A DNA stretch of 64,000 nt from a virus (IMGVR_UViG_3300009136_000002:11156-75155); one strand, 5' to 3'. Positions 5,918 through 14,738 are shown, counted from the stretch's first letter. Notes: generated by a model from the letters alone, not told the origin. A program made the numbers and translations.

Positions 5918-7297
5918 TTACTCTTGTTCTTGTGATACTCCAAAGGTTGTGAATTCCGTGTCAGGATCGGTAGCAAAGCAATGTGAGAAATAGCCTGTGT
6001 ACCGTCCCATATACATTCGCTTAGTTAAAATGGCCCAATCGTGCCATGCTTTGAGCTGTATCCCAGCACCCTTGACAAACTTATCAATCTCCAGGGTGCG
6101 CTCGATGCTTGCCAACTGACCATCTAGTTCTTCCGGCGTTGCTTCTTCCGGCTCTTGCCCTGCGCCAAAGAGCGGCGGCTGTGCTGGTGGTTCAACTGGC
6201 GGCTCAACTGGCGGCTCAACTGGCGGCTCAACTGGCGGCTGCGGCGGTGGATCGACCATACTGAGCGGGCCTGTTGGTTCCGGCGATGCGAATGAAGGCC
6301 TCGGCCACGGTGTTCCCCAAAAGCGTTTGTGCTTGTCGTCCAATTCCTTGAGAACAGGGCTATCCGGCGGTAATAGGCCCAGCCGGACGATGTTCTCTTC
6401 TTTTGCGAGGAACGTGGTGAAGCCACTCGTTCTCAACCCGAAAAATTCTGCTATAAATTTTTCATCATCGGTTTCCGGTACAACTGGCGCTGGCGGTGGG
6501 GGCGGCACTATTGTATCAGCCAGCTTGTCCAGCCCTGTCTTTCCTGGTTCCTCGATAATCTCGCCTGTTTGTAAGTCAACGCCACTAATTACATCTAGTT
6601 GCTGATCTATCCCTGCCTCCGCTCTTTCGTCGAGACTCACGGCCAGGGACAGGGAATTGTCCACGACTGAGGACGGTAGGTACTTGACGCTGTGCCTAAT
6701 TGCTGTCTTTAAGGCCATTGCATCAAAGTCTGTTACCCAGGGGCCGGATCTTCCCGCTGGTGAGCGTTGCTGAACCGCCTTGATGTGGCTCATTGGGAGA
6801 ACCCTGAATTGAAACCCACCTTCCTTGTAAAATGCGATACAGTAAGCTGCTACCTGATCTCCGCGATCATGCTCCTCGTATGCTGGCTTGTGATGAATGT
6901 GGGGGTTAGATCCATGCTCGTAACTGAAACTATCTTTGGCATAGACTATGTGAGCCTCGATGTTCCGAAACTTGCCGGATCTCATAGCCAAGTCGATCAG
7001 ACCCATATACCCTGGGATAAACGTGACCTTCTTGGCAAAGGGAACCAAATGCGCCATATTTCTGACTCCATCCGGCTCCAGCCCCAACTGAGCGCACGTT
7101 AAGACCGCAGACAGTAAGCTCTGAGGCGTACAGTCCAGTAGCCCAGGCGTTAGCTGCACGGAGGTCATAACGATCCGGCTGAACCTGTCCACTCCGATCT
7201 GTTTTGGTAATGCAGCCGTGAGGGATTTTGAATGCTGATGGAGGAGCTGCTTTACCGATTGGATCTTGGTCTGTTGTGTCGTAAGTTGTCCGGTCAT
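5918..7297 (-). CDS. recT: RecT-family single-strand annealing protein with long Pro-rich C-terminal extension
   Basis: LLDCTPQSLLSAVLTCAQLGLEP, FIPGYMGLIDLAMRSG, SGPWVTDFDAMALKTAIR...KYLP. Start MTGQ at 7297 overlaps the yqaJ stop. Confidence 0.93.
   Translation of the reverse strand: MTGQLTTQQTKIQSVKQLLHQHSKSLTAALPKQIGVDRFSRIVMTSVQLTPGLLDCTPQSLLSAVLTCAQLGLEPDGVRNMAHLVPFAKKVTFIPGYMGLIDLAMRSGKFRNIEAHIVYAKDSFSYEHGSNPHIHHKPAYEEHDRGDQVAAYCIAFYKEGGFQFRVLPMSHIKAVQQRSPAGRSGPWVTDFDAMALKTAIRHSVKYLPSSVVDNSLSLAVSLDERAEAGIDQQLDVISGVDLQTGEIIEEPGKTGLDKLADTIVPPPPPAPVVPETDDEKFIAEFFGLRTSGFTTFLAKEENIVRLGLLPPDSPVLKELDDKHKRFWGTPWPRPSFASPEPTGPLSMVDPPPQPPVEPPVEPPVEPPVEPPAQPPLFGAGQEPEEATPEELDGQLASIERTLEIDKFVKGAGIQLKAWHDWAILTKRMYMGRYTGYFSHCFATDPDTEFTTFGVSQEQE
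6192..6239 (-). repeat. Four tandem 12-bp repeats encoding PPVE in RecT
   Basis: (TCAACTGGCGGC)x4 on the + strand. Confidence 0.9.
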
Positions 7298-8181
7298 GCC
7301 TTTCTCCTTAATGTTCTGACAGTTGCGGCATCTACCCAATATGCCTCTCTCTCATGGGCTACCCAGCTATACGTTACTCCGTTTGACAACACGCCGTAGC
7401 TTGCCAACTCTAGCTTGGACTTGATCTTGTTCTCCAGGGCTGTCTTTTCCTTTCTGAGCTGCTTTTCCTTCGCTTTGATCTCTTGTAAGTCCTCATCCCA
7501 CCAAAGAGCCTCCCCAGGTAGCGGAATGGATTCTCCGCTATCTTTGGGGTACTGGAAATGAAGGGCTTCTTTTGATGAATCTGAGTCGTCTACCGGAGGA
7601 GGATCTTGATTCTGAATTCGCTGCCAAAACTTGCCCTCTTCCTCGATAAGAATTTCCACAAAGCGGTCATTGCGTTGAACATCAACGATAAGATCGCTGT
7701 AGTCACCGAAGAATACAGCCAATGATCCCCACTCACTCCCTGTGACCGCCATTTCATGTTGGATCTGAACCTGATAATAAAGCGGTGGCTCCTCAAGCCA
7801 ATTACTCTTCATTCCAGGCCCACCAGTTTTGATCTGCAAGACCCCCTGGCCTCGATCATCAAAGGGCTCGATCAGGCGGTCTATGGTTGCCATCATAAAT
7901 TCATGCTCTGGATGCTGGTATATCGTAAAGTTGTCCGGCTTTATCGTGTCCCTACCAGTTTCCCTCTCGTAGTAGGCTGCAACTGCATCTTCGAGATCCA
8001 GACCCCATTGCATTCGCTGGTTCATTTCCTGCTCTGGCATCATCTTCAACTTGCGAAGATACAGCGATAGAGGGGATACCCAGGGGGAGATCCCCAAGAC
8101 CGCCGCAGCCTCAGACCCGCCGATCCCACCCATCCGAGCCTCAAGCCATTCGTCACGATTTTTATGAGATTTCCATTTCAT
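7294..8181 (-). CDS. YqaJ/lambda-exonuclease-like recombination nuclease
   Basis: WLEAR..GIGGSEAAAVLG.SPW, G..LE, ATIDR, LQIKT (EIK variant), YYQVQIQHEM.VTG. Confidence 0.92.
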   Translation of the reverse strand: MKWKSHKNRDEWLEARMGGIGGSEAAAVLGISPWVSPLSLYLRKLKMMPEQEMNQRMQWGLDLEDAVAAYYERETGRDTIKPDNFTIYQHPEHEFMMATIDRLIEPFDDRGQGVLQIKTGGPGMKSNWLEEPPLYYQVQIQHEMAVTGSEWGSLAVFFGDYSDLIVDVQRNDRFVEILIEEEGKFWQRIQNQDPPPVDDSDSSKEALHFQYPKDSGESIPLPGEALWWDEDLQEIKAKEKQLRKEKTALENKIKSKLELASYGVLSNGVTYSWVAHEREAYWVDAATVRTLRRKA

Positions 8182-8189
8182 GCAGGGGT

Positions 8190-8219
8190 ATCTTTACGAT
8201 TTTTTTTAGGCAAAGTCAA
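8190..8219 (-). promoter_or_regulatory. Candidate leftward promoter, near-leaderless, for the recombination/rsr operon
   Basis: TTGACT-N17-TAAAGAT, about 8 nt before the ATG; no SD. Confidence 0.45.
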
Positions 8220-8231
8220 CGATAAAATGAC

Positions 8232-8359
8232 TGTTGATAACTGCCTCAAAATAGCCCATTTTTAACGCTGGATTCTATGACAATTTGAATACTTACAATC
8301 GTTATTAACACGGTATTTACAGGTAATAAGTTATCCCCAACTGCTTAATTACATTAACA
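8232..8359. promoter_or_regulatory. Cluster of DnaA-box-like nonamers
   Basis: TGTTGATAA 8232 (reverse), TTATTAACA 8302, GTATTTACA 8313, TTATCCCCA 8331, ACATTAACA 8351 in an AT-rich intergenic region. Confidence 0.55.
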
Positions 8360-8537
8360 ATAGTCTTGATGAAACTTTTTTTCCGGCACATCAGCTCTAG
8401 CGTCGCTCATAGTGCGTGACAATTAGGGTGATTCATTTCAAGCTATTTTGTGCATATTTCTTGTTGACTCGAACCTGGGAATCGGTGTAAGCATCCCGAA
8501 GCGATCTGACAACAAACCATAGGAGGGAACCAACGAA

Positions 8538-8798
8538 ATGTCGTCGCTAAGAAATTTTCCAGTACCGAAGGCTATCAAAATCCGCGCCCTACAACACAAC
8601 CTCACACAAAAAGAGATCGCCAACATCATCACAGAGCAAACCGGAAAGTACCTCTCCCCAAGAAGGCTCAATGATATGATCCACGGACTCCGGCGAGGAG
8701 AGTGGGAGAAGTATCATCTGCTGGTTGCAGAGATACTGAATTTCAGACCATCAGAGATAAGAGATCCAGCCTTTAGTCCCAAAAGCCCTCTAACCTAG
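8538..8798 (+). CDS. Cro-like HTH regulator
   Basis: XRE-type HTH LTQKEIA...LSPRRLNDMIHG; AGGAGG SD; first gene of the rightward operon. Confidence 0.8.
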   Translation: MSSLRNFPVPKAIKIRALQHNLTQKEIANIITEQTGKYLSPRRLNDMIHGLRRGEWEKYHLLVAEILNFRPSEIRDPAFSPKSPLT

Positions 8799-8810
8799 AG
8801 AGGCCCACCG

Positions 8811-9650
8811 ATGAAATGGCTCCGTCTATGGATTGAATGGGCTCACGACCCAAAAATTATCGCTATGCCTGAGTCTATGCAGCGCAGACATATTGTTCTC
8901 CTGTGTTTGCGCCGCCAAGTAGATACCTCTACCCTCAGCGATGAAGAGATAGCATCCTATATGCGAATAGGCATGGAGGATCTTCAAGAAACCAAAGAGT
9001 TATTTACACGAAAAAACTTCATAGATAACGGCTGGAACGTACTGGCATGGGATGATCGTCAATATGATAGCGATAGCTCAACACTCCGTACTCGCAAATG
9101 GCGAAAAAGACAGAGGAAAAAAGAACGTGACAAAAAGGAAACGTCACAGGAACGTCACGGTGACGGCGTAGATACAGATACAGAAACAGATAAAGACTAT
9201 ACTTCCTCTAAAGAAGAGGAAGTATTGTCAGAACCTCCGGCTCAGACCCCCCCTTGCCCGCATGGAAAAATAAAAGAGCTTTACAACAAATACTGCAAAT
9301 CTCTTCCAGGCCTCCTTACAATGTCAAAACAACGGAAGGTTAAACTCAAAACTAGATGGGGTGAGCATCCGAATCTTGATTGGTGGCAAGCCCTCTTTGA
9401 AACAGTAGAGCAAATACCATTCTGTTGTGGTGACAATGATCGAGGATGGAAAGCCTCTTTCGATTGGCTAGTAGCAAATGATACAAATGCTCTCAAGGTA
9501 ATGGAGGGAAAGTATTTCAAGCAGGAAGTTTTGAAAAAATCTGATGGTCTTGTTGGTTGTAAAAAATGTACCCTAAGATCGGGAGCATCAACTATGGATC
9601 TCGATGAACACGGAGTTTGCTGGTCATGCAGAGAAAAAAGACGTTTTTGA
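8811..9650 (+). CDS. Phage replication initiator (O/replisome-organiser-like)
   Basis: N-terminal KWLRL...DPKI, W..RQ..SDSST.R.RKWR linker, C-terminal WKASFDWL...KVMEGKY, terminal CxxC...CxxC. Confidence 0.85.
   Translation: MKWLRLWIEWAHDPKIIAMPESMQRRHIVLLCLRRQVDTSTLSDEEIASYMRIGMEDLQETKELFTRKNFIDNGWNVLAWDDRQYDSDSSTLRTRKWRKRQRKKERDKKETSQERHGDGVDTDTETDKDYTSSKEEEVLSEPPAQTPPCPHGKIKELYNKYCKSLPGLLTMSKQRKVKLKTRWGEHPNLDWWQALFETVEQIPFCCGDNDRGWKASFDWLVANDTNALKVMEGKYFKQEVLKKSDGLVGCKKCTLRSGASTMDLDEHGVCWSCREKRRF
9124..9196. repeat. Iteron-like repeats within the initiator gene (candidate origin)
   Basis: AACGTGAC, AACGTCAC x2 and GTGACG, then ACAGAT-like hexamers, located between the two domains as in lambdoid origins. 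Confidence 0.6.
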
Positions 9651-9823
9651 GTGAGGAGGAGATCGAGCGAATCACAACAGATTTACTTGTCCAGGGGTAT
9701 GACCAAGACAGGATAATTGACCACCTGGAACGCATCAATGAACAGCGCGAGAAAAAAGAAGCCAGAGAACCGCAGCACGTTTCATCCGTTATGGATGAAG
9801 TTATGAAGAGGTTGAAACGGTGA
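9617..9823 (+). CDS. Hypothetical protein
   Basis: Coupled to neighbours; the true start may be TTG near 9647. Confidence 0.6.
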   Translation: MLVMQRKKTFLSEEEIERITTDLLVQGYDQDRIIDHLERINEQREKKEAREPQHVSSVMDEVMKRLKR

Positions 9824-10158
9824 AGCCCTATCTCTTAGCCAAAGAACGAATGAACAAGACTGAACGAGCTTACGCGGATAGCCTGTACGGACTCCAACTT
9901 GCTGGCGAGATCCTGCAGTATGAATTCGAGGGGGTGAAGTTAAGGCTGGCCCCAGGCTCATTCTACACGCCGGATTTCTATGTGGTCACGCCGGAAAGAT
10001 TTGAATTGCATGAGGTCAAAGGGTTCTGGCGCGAGGCTGCAATGGTGAGAATAAAAGTAGCGGCGGCTAAGTATCCCCACTTCAAATTCGTGGTTGTGAC
10101 AATGGATAAGCCTAGTCGCCGCTCTATAGTGAGATGGCATTTTAAGGAGATTAACTAG
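9820..10158 (+). CDS. PD-(D/E)xK endonuclease (DUF1064-like)
   Basis: NKTE..Y, YTPDF, HEVKG motifs. Confidence 0.8.
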   Translation: MKPYLLAKERMNKTERAYADSLYGLQLAGEILQYEFEGVKLRLAPGSFYTPDFYVVTPERFELHEVKGFWREAAMVRIKVAAAKYPHFKFVVVTMDKPSRRSIVRWHFKEIN

Positions 10159-11339
10159 CGGAGAAGAAACCGGATATTGACGTTGAGATCGAATTGTCCA
10201 GGTGGTTTATTCTCCAGATCGAAGATGTCTTTAATATCAGAGCTAACACCTGATTTAAATTGCTCAAACTCCCTTCTGATGCCTTGGTGGATTTTATGGA
10301 GGTTTTCAACCTGTTCACCCAATCCGTCTAGCTCCAGGGCTTCCATCCTCCGAATGAGGGCAGCGAAGTTAGCGTGGATTTCTTCTGGATCGAGAGGCAC
10401 AATGGCTGGCTCTGGATCTGCTGGCGGTGTAGGTTGAGGTAGTTTCTCGTTGAAGAATTCCCAGGCCTTTTCCGTGGATTTCTCATACCATTTCTTGTGG
10501 CTCTGAATAAACTCAATCAGATCATCGCCGGATACGTCCCTCAAGCCAGGATGGAGCTTGTAGCTCCGGCTGGATCGGCCTCCAATGAGGTCAATCATGC
10601 CGTGTGGTTCGAGTCGTTTGATAACCATTTGCAGGGTGCTAGAGATATTGGCTGGGGGTTTGCCAACTCCGGCGGCGATTTCCCTGGCGAGAAATTCCTC
10701 TGACATTGAGCGGGAGATCAGGTCGATCACGTTCTTTGATGTTCGTTTGAAGCGTAGGGCTCCGTGCTGGTATGGGCCTGATCGCTGCCCCAGGGTGATG
10801 CTCTCGCTGTTCTTGACAGGGGTTGCCTTCCAATACTTCCGAAACAATGCCTCGAATCCCATGTCCAATGCGTCATTTTTCATGCAATACTGGTAGGCCA
10901 GCCCAACTCTTTTGCGGTAGATCATCCCTGTGTCTTTGAGTTTGTTCCAGATATGAGATAATGCAGAGCTAGTATCAGCCAGGGGTTTCCCTATTTCAAC
11001 TGAGATAGCCCTTGAGTTGATAAGGGCATCCCCAGCATTGAATAGGGCATACAATACATTTTGGTTTAGTGTTGGAAAAGGTAGTTCTTTCACGCCGTAC
11101 TCCTTCCGGATCTCGAAGGGGCTCAAGCGTCTAACACGCTTTGAGACTCTTGCGGGATCATCTTCAAACCTCTCTCTCGGTCTGAATTTCTTTTTGTGTT
11201 TGGTTTTGGTTCCGATCTCTTCCTTCCTGGCTTGATCCAGGTCGTTCTGTTTTTCCTTCCCCTCCTCTCTTTCAAGGTGATCTTCCAGGGGTTCGCCGCC
11301 AACTGTAATCGCCGGAGTGCCTTCCCTCAGTTTGTCCAA
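10155..11339 (-). CDS. Protein with two winged-HTH domains and a C-terminal coiled coil
   Basis: Internal duplication SRAISVEIGKPLADTSSAL / AREIAAGVGKPPANISSTL; TTG start with AAGGAGG SD. Confidence 0.75.
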   Translation of the reverse strand: MDKLREGTPAITVGGEPLEDHLEREEGKEKQNDLDQARKEEIGTKTKHKKKFRPRERFEDDPARVSKRVRRLSPFEIRKEYGVKELPFPTLNQNVLYALFNAGDALINSRAISVEIGKPLADTSSALSHIWNKLKDTGMIYRKRVGLAYQYCMKNDALDMGFEALFRKYWKATPVKNSESITLGQRSGPYQHGALRFKRTSKNVIDLISRSMSEEFLAREIAAGVGKPPANISSTLQMVIKRLEPHGMIDLIGGRSSRSYKLHPGLRDVSGDDLIEFIQSHKKWYEKSTEKAWEFFNEKLPQPTPPADPEPAIVPLDPEEIHANFAALIRRMEALELDGLGEQVENLHKIHQGIRREFEQFKSGVSSDIKDIFDLENKPPGQFDLNVNIRFLLR

Positions 11340-11353
11340 TTCGGCCTCCTTTC

Positions 11354-11623
11354 TTAATCCCTCTCGATGCTGACTAACACGCCACCATCAAACCACAGGT
11401 AAAACGAGTAAGATGCCTGATATTTTCCGATCCGATCAAAGTTGTAGACCCATTGAGATCCGTAAACATTGTCCGGCTGTCCACAAAACATGAGGACTTG
11501 CTGTGCGGAGGCTCCTACTCCGATGATTGTATCCCTGCCACAATACATAGGCATATTATTGGCATTATACTTACCATTGCCCATAAGCGTTAGCAGGGTG
11601 GCGATTAAGAGCAGATGTTTCAT
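11354..11623 (-). CDS. Exported small protein, DUF2845-like
   Basis: Signal-like N-terminus; CG..IIGVG.S..QV...CGQP...WVYNF...F.GG.L..I pattern. Confidence 0.7.
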   Translation of the reverse strand: MKHLLLIATLLTLMGNGKYNANNMPMYCGRDTIIGVGASAQQVLMFCGQPDNVYGSQWVYNFDRIGKYQASYSFYLWFDGGVLVSIERD

Positions 11624-11717
11624 CTATCCCCTCCTTTCGTCTAGTGTGATTCTAAACTCATACACTATCTAGCGGGATAAGTACACCTATTTTTAGCTTG
11701 AAGTCGAGGTTGGTTCC

Positions 11718-12065
11718 TTGGTACAGAGGTCGAACGTGAGGACATTCGACTCAGCACATGAGGCATTGTTTTGGTGGTATGCACTAAAAGAGGTCGGCCT
11801 GGAAGTTAGGTATGTGCGTGGCGATCTCACAGGCGCAGTTGTGCAAATCAGCCGGAGAGTGCCTGTGCCTTCCGATACTTGGTGCGTGTGGATCACGTTG
11901 GATATTTTGATTTCGCGCCTTCCAGGGCGATACCAGCGCATCATAGATGAGTATTACGCGAGGGGTCGGTACATCAAGCCATTTAGACGCTGGCGGTTCT
12001 CAGGTAGGTGGAGGGCTTGTTGCAGATTGTTTTGGTCAATGCTCCCTAGTGAGTTCAAAACATGA
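11718..12065 (+). CDS. Putative transcriptional regulator (sigma region-4/late activator-like)
   Basis: ISRLPGRYQRIIDEYY resembles region-4 helices; position after the replication genes. Confidence 0.5.
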   Translation: MVQRSNVRTFDSAHEALFWWYALKEVGLEVRYVRGDLTGAVVQISRRVPVPSDTWCVWITLDILISRLPGRYQRIIDEYYARGRYIKPFRRWRFSGRWRACCRLFWSMLPSEFKT

Positions 12066-12247
12066 CTGACTCTAAGCCATACTACACAGTACGCGAGTTC
12101 GCGGAGCGGATAGGCTGGCCTCGAAGGACTGTGCGCTATTACCTCAAGAAGCGGCACATTCGAGGGCTCAAGCCACAGAATGATTGGAGGATACCCAGGA
12201 AGGAGTTGGTGCGCTGGGATCTGCTAGAGGAAAACGAAACCAGTTGA
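12062..12247 (+). CDS. Excisionase-like HTH protein
   Basis: YYTVREFAERIG....TVRYY...G....WRIP..EL. Confidence 0.8.
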   Translation: MTDSKPYYTVREFAERIGWPRRTVRYYLKKRHIRGLKPQNDWRIPRKELVRWDLLEENETS

Positions 12248-12271
12248 CATAGATTTTAATTTCATTATATT
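12244..12271 (+). promoter_or_regulatory. Sigma70-like promoter
   Basis: TTGACA-N16-TATATT with an AT-rich spacer. Confidence 0.5.
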
Positions 12272-12276
12272 TGGTC

Positions 12277-12376
12277 ACAGGTAGAGATACCCGCTCCGTT
12301 CACAGGCTTGCGGTGTTCTCAATCCTATCTCTCGGTGGGCGTGGCCCCTGGTTGATCCCCAGGGGCCACTCTTTTT
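12277..12376 (+). ncRNA. Candidate ~100-nt small RNA
   Basis: Lies between the promoter and a strong terminator, has no ORF, and has internal pairing (GAGATACCCGC/GCGGTGTTCTC). Confidence 0.4.
12341..12376 (+). terminator. Intrinsic terminator at the convergence with the early operon
   Basis: 11-bp stem GTGGCCCCTGG/CCAGGGGCCAC followed by TCTTTTT. Confidence 0.8.
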
Positions 12377-12863
12377 AGGCGAGTCCTGGGTTGGTACTCA
12401 AGATTTCATCCTTGATGTTTTCCAGGGCTTCCTCTTCCTCTTCCTCAGTCGTTGCATCCTCGATGCTGATGTCAATGTTCTGCAACTCGTTGATCCAGCC
12501 ATCCAGCCCTTCAATGCGCTCGGTTAGCAACTCCCCGCTTGCGCTGGACTCCTGCAGACTTTCCGGCATGGCCTCTAGGCTCTCCTGGCACTCTTCCATC
12601 AAGGCCTCCAGGTCGGCACTCATGCTCTCGATCAGCTCCGGCAACTCCTCGACTGTATTGATCTCATGCACAGTCCTCTCAAAATCATCCTCCAACTGCC
12701 ATAGCTGGGAGTAGAAGGCTGATTGAGTTAGCTGGTGACGCTCTGGCCGCGTCTTGCTGAATCGCTTGGGGCCATATCGAAATTTCCACCACCAGTAGGA
12801 CTCTCCCTTCAATGCAACTGGATTGTCCTTCTGCGCCTTCGCCACAAAATTAGCTCTCGCCAT
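12375..12863 (-). CDS. Hypothetical phage protein: basic-aromatic N-terminus, very acidic helical C-terminus
   Basis: KGESYWWWKFRYGPKRFSKTRP then E/D-rich helices; SD present. Confidence 0.8.
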   Translation of the reverse strand: MARANFVAKAQKDNPVALKGESYWWWKFRYGPKRFSKTRPERHQLTQSAFYSQLWQLEDDFERTVHEINTVEELPELIESMSADLEALMEECQESLEAMPESLQESSASGELLTERIEGLDGWINELQNIDISIEDATTEEEEEEALENIKDEILSTNPGLA

Positions 12864-13071
12864 CGTCCTCCTCCTTCCCTGGGGTTCTCGGCCAATCCGG
12901 TGTGTCCGGACATCGCATATCGGCCTTGATGCTCCATTTTCCCTCGGCGACCTTCTGAACGTCTAGGATCTGCAGATCGGGATTATACATTCCATCGTAT
13001 AATTCCAGGCCAACAGCTTGTCCCAAGGCCTCCTCAATGTCTGTGCTGTCAAACTCCACAATTACTCTCAT
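12850..13071 (-). CDS. Hypothetical protein
   Basis: 73 aa, coupled to neighbours. Confidence 0.65.
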   Translation of the reverse strand: MRVIVEFDSTDIEEALGQAVGLELYDGMYNPDLQILDVQKVAEGKWSIKADMRCPDTPDWPRTPGKEEDDGES

Positions 13072-13298
13072 GCTTTCCCCTTTCTCCGCGCCTCGCGGCG
13101 GATCTTCTTTCGCTTCTCGTCACAGCCTTTGTATGTCCGGCCCAGCCTCTTCGCAATGTCCTCTAGCTTTTCATCGCTTTCCAAGAGATATGCGATTTCC
13201 CTTGGTTTCCATCGTTTCCACGTTTTCTTTGCAAACTCCTGGCTGCGCTCATTGAGCCCTTGCTTGTACTTGTAATGGGCTACATTCTTGTGTCCCAT
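13068..13298 (-). CDS. Myb/SANT-like HTH protein
   Basis: WKPREIAYL......EDIAKRLGRT. Confidence 0.75.
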   Translation of the reverse strand: MGHKNVAHYKYKQGLNERSQEFAKKTWKRWKPREIAYLLESDEKLEDIAKRLGRTYKGCDEKRKKIRREARRKGKA

Positions 13299-13311
13299 CG
13301 GGTTCCACCTC

Positions 13312-13524
13312 CTATCTATCAGCTTGTTCGAGGAATTTGATTACGGCACTCTTCACAACACGCCCGCCCCAGGCGGCGAGGTAGTCGGCATCAACCTTTT
13401 GGTCAACTCCGGCTACCTTGCCGATCCTGGCCTTTTTAACCCCAGCCTCATTCTCTGTGATAACCATGCCGTAGGTTCCATCCCTGTTTGAAAACCAAAA
13501 GGTGTCGATAACCTTCAATCCCAT
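13312..13524 (-). CDS. Hypothetical protein
   Basis: 70 aa, preceded by the shared start cassette. Confidence 0.75.
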   Translation of the reverse strand: MGLKVIDTFWFSNRDGTYGMVITENEAGVKKARIGKVAGVDQKVDADYLAAWGGRVVKSAVIKFLEQADR

Positions 13525-13538
13525 CGGGTTCTCCCTCC

Positions 13539-13775
13539 TTACTCCCAGCGCAATTTCTTTCTGGCGGTCATTAGATCCAGCCGCAAGATAACTGCGTTCA
13601 GGTAGTCGTCTGATACGTCCATGTTCGTTAGGATCTCGTCCGTGGCCTGGGGCTGATCCCTCCTGGCCTGGACACAGAATTCCAGGGCGATCAGCGTGGC
13701 CTCGTAAGGCGTGGTGTTCATTACTTCCTCGCTCTTGTAGTCACAGTTGACTAGCTTGCCGCATCTAATACACAT
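13539..13775 (-). CDS. Hypothetical protein
   Basis: Start moved to MCIRC with GAGGAGG upstream; a later start is also possible. Confidence 0.55.
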   Translation of the reverse strand: MCIRCGKLVNCDYKSEEVMNTTPYEATLIALEFCVQARRDQPQATDEILTNMDVSDDYLNAVILRLDLMTARKKLRWE

Positions 13776-13779
13776 AGGC

Positions 13780-13926
13780 TTAATCCTCCTCGTAAATGAC
13801 CATGACAGTCCTGCCAAACGGAGTTGCAGCCAGCTTAACGTCATGGACTTGGTTGGATGGTATGTGATTCAAGAAATGATTCGCGTTCTCCTCAGTATCA
13901 TCGCCCCAAAACAGTTTGATTTGCAT
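13780..13926 (-). CDS. Small hypothetical protein (48 aa)
   Basis: MQIKLFWGDDTEENANHFL...TVMVIYEED*, preceded by the shared start cassette; not in the track. Confidence 0.7.
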   Translation of the reverse strand: MQIKLFWGDDTEENANHFLNHIPSNQVHDVKLAATPFGRTVMVIYEED

Positions 13927-13950
13927 CGAGTTCTCCCTCCTATCTCTCGG

Positions 13951-14397
13951 TTAGCGGTCTATGCCATCAATGATCTCGACCATTTTCTCTTCGAGGCAAT
14001 CAATTACCCTCTGGCCTCCGGCGACTGATTCTACAATCGTGTACTTGCTGATCCCTGGGTACTCGTCTGCCAGATCATCAATAGCCAATGCCACGATCTC
14101 ATGTGCCATACTGTCAATAGCCTTGGCAAGTTCATCACCTGGGTCTATTGACTCCACGGTTCCCACGGTGGCAACCACACTCATTTCCTTGGCCCAATAC
14201 CAGTAAATCTCGAAGGGGTCTTTGTGCCTGGGAAAACGAATTCCCCAAAGTTCTTCTGTCATTTCGGGTTTGAAAATCAGCTTCTCTACATGACCTATGG
14301 CATTGTTCCAGGGATCATCCTCCCCAGCTATCGGGTTGTTTACCTGGACTATCATGCCAATGGTTATTAGTACCGGAACATAGGTTTCTTTGCTCAT
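13951..14397 (-). CDS. Hypothetical acidic protein, SH3/KOW-like N-terminus
   Basis: Start MSKETY with GGAGGAG SD; IGMIVQV...GHVEK...WGIRF pattern. Confidence 0.7.
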   Translation of the reverse strand: MSKETYVPVLITIGMIVQVNNPIAGEDDPWNNAIGHVEKLIFKPEMTEELWGIRFPRHKDPFEIYWYWAKEMSVVATVGTVESIDPGDELAKAIDSMAHEIVALAIDDLADEYPGISKYTIVESVAGGQRVIDCLEEKMVEIIDGIDR

Positions 14398-14738
14398 TAG
14401 AATCTCCTCCAATCTCCAATTTGCCTTGCGATTTCCTTGGCTACTGCCTTCTGGCATCGCTCGGTGGTGGTTCCGAATGCCTCATACAATCCCCTGTAAT
14501 CATCGTCCTCCTCTGTCCAGGCGTTGTAAACCTCAACAGCTTGCATCGCTGCATCGACTAGCTCGTCACGCTCGACAAATCCCCAAAACCCACAGGTGTT
14601 GCCATTGGTATCGAGAACCTTCCCAAAGACAACACCGTCCCGCACCTGATCGTGGATCTTGTTAAGACGTTGCGTGATCTCATACTCTGGCGTTTCAAAT
14701 GCCGCGTTATCCATGTTGATCTTGATAATAAATTCCAT
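14397..14738 (-). CDS. Hypothetical phage protein
   Basis: I.MDNAAF...G.VLD.NGN.CG.W motif; shared start cassette. Confidence 0.75.
   Translation of the reverse strand: MEFIIKINMDNAAFETPEYEITQRLNKIHDQVRDGVVFGKVLDTNGNTCGFWGFVERDELVDAAMQAVEVYNAWTEEDDDYRGLYEAFGTTTERCQKAVAKEIARQIGDWRRF

Noticed and set aside
8466-8477. GACTCGAACCTG shared with the T-loop of unit C, as a possible tRNA-derived attP
   Set aside because: Only 12 nt, no surrounding tRNA arm, no integrase in the window, and it overlaps a likely -35 element.
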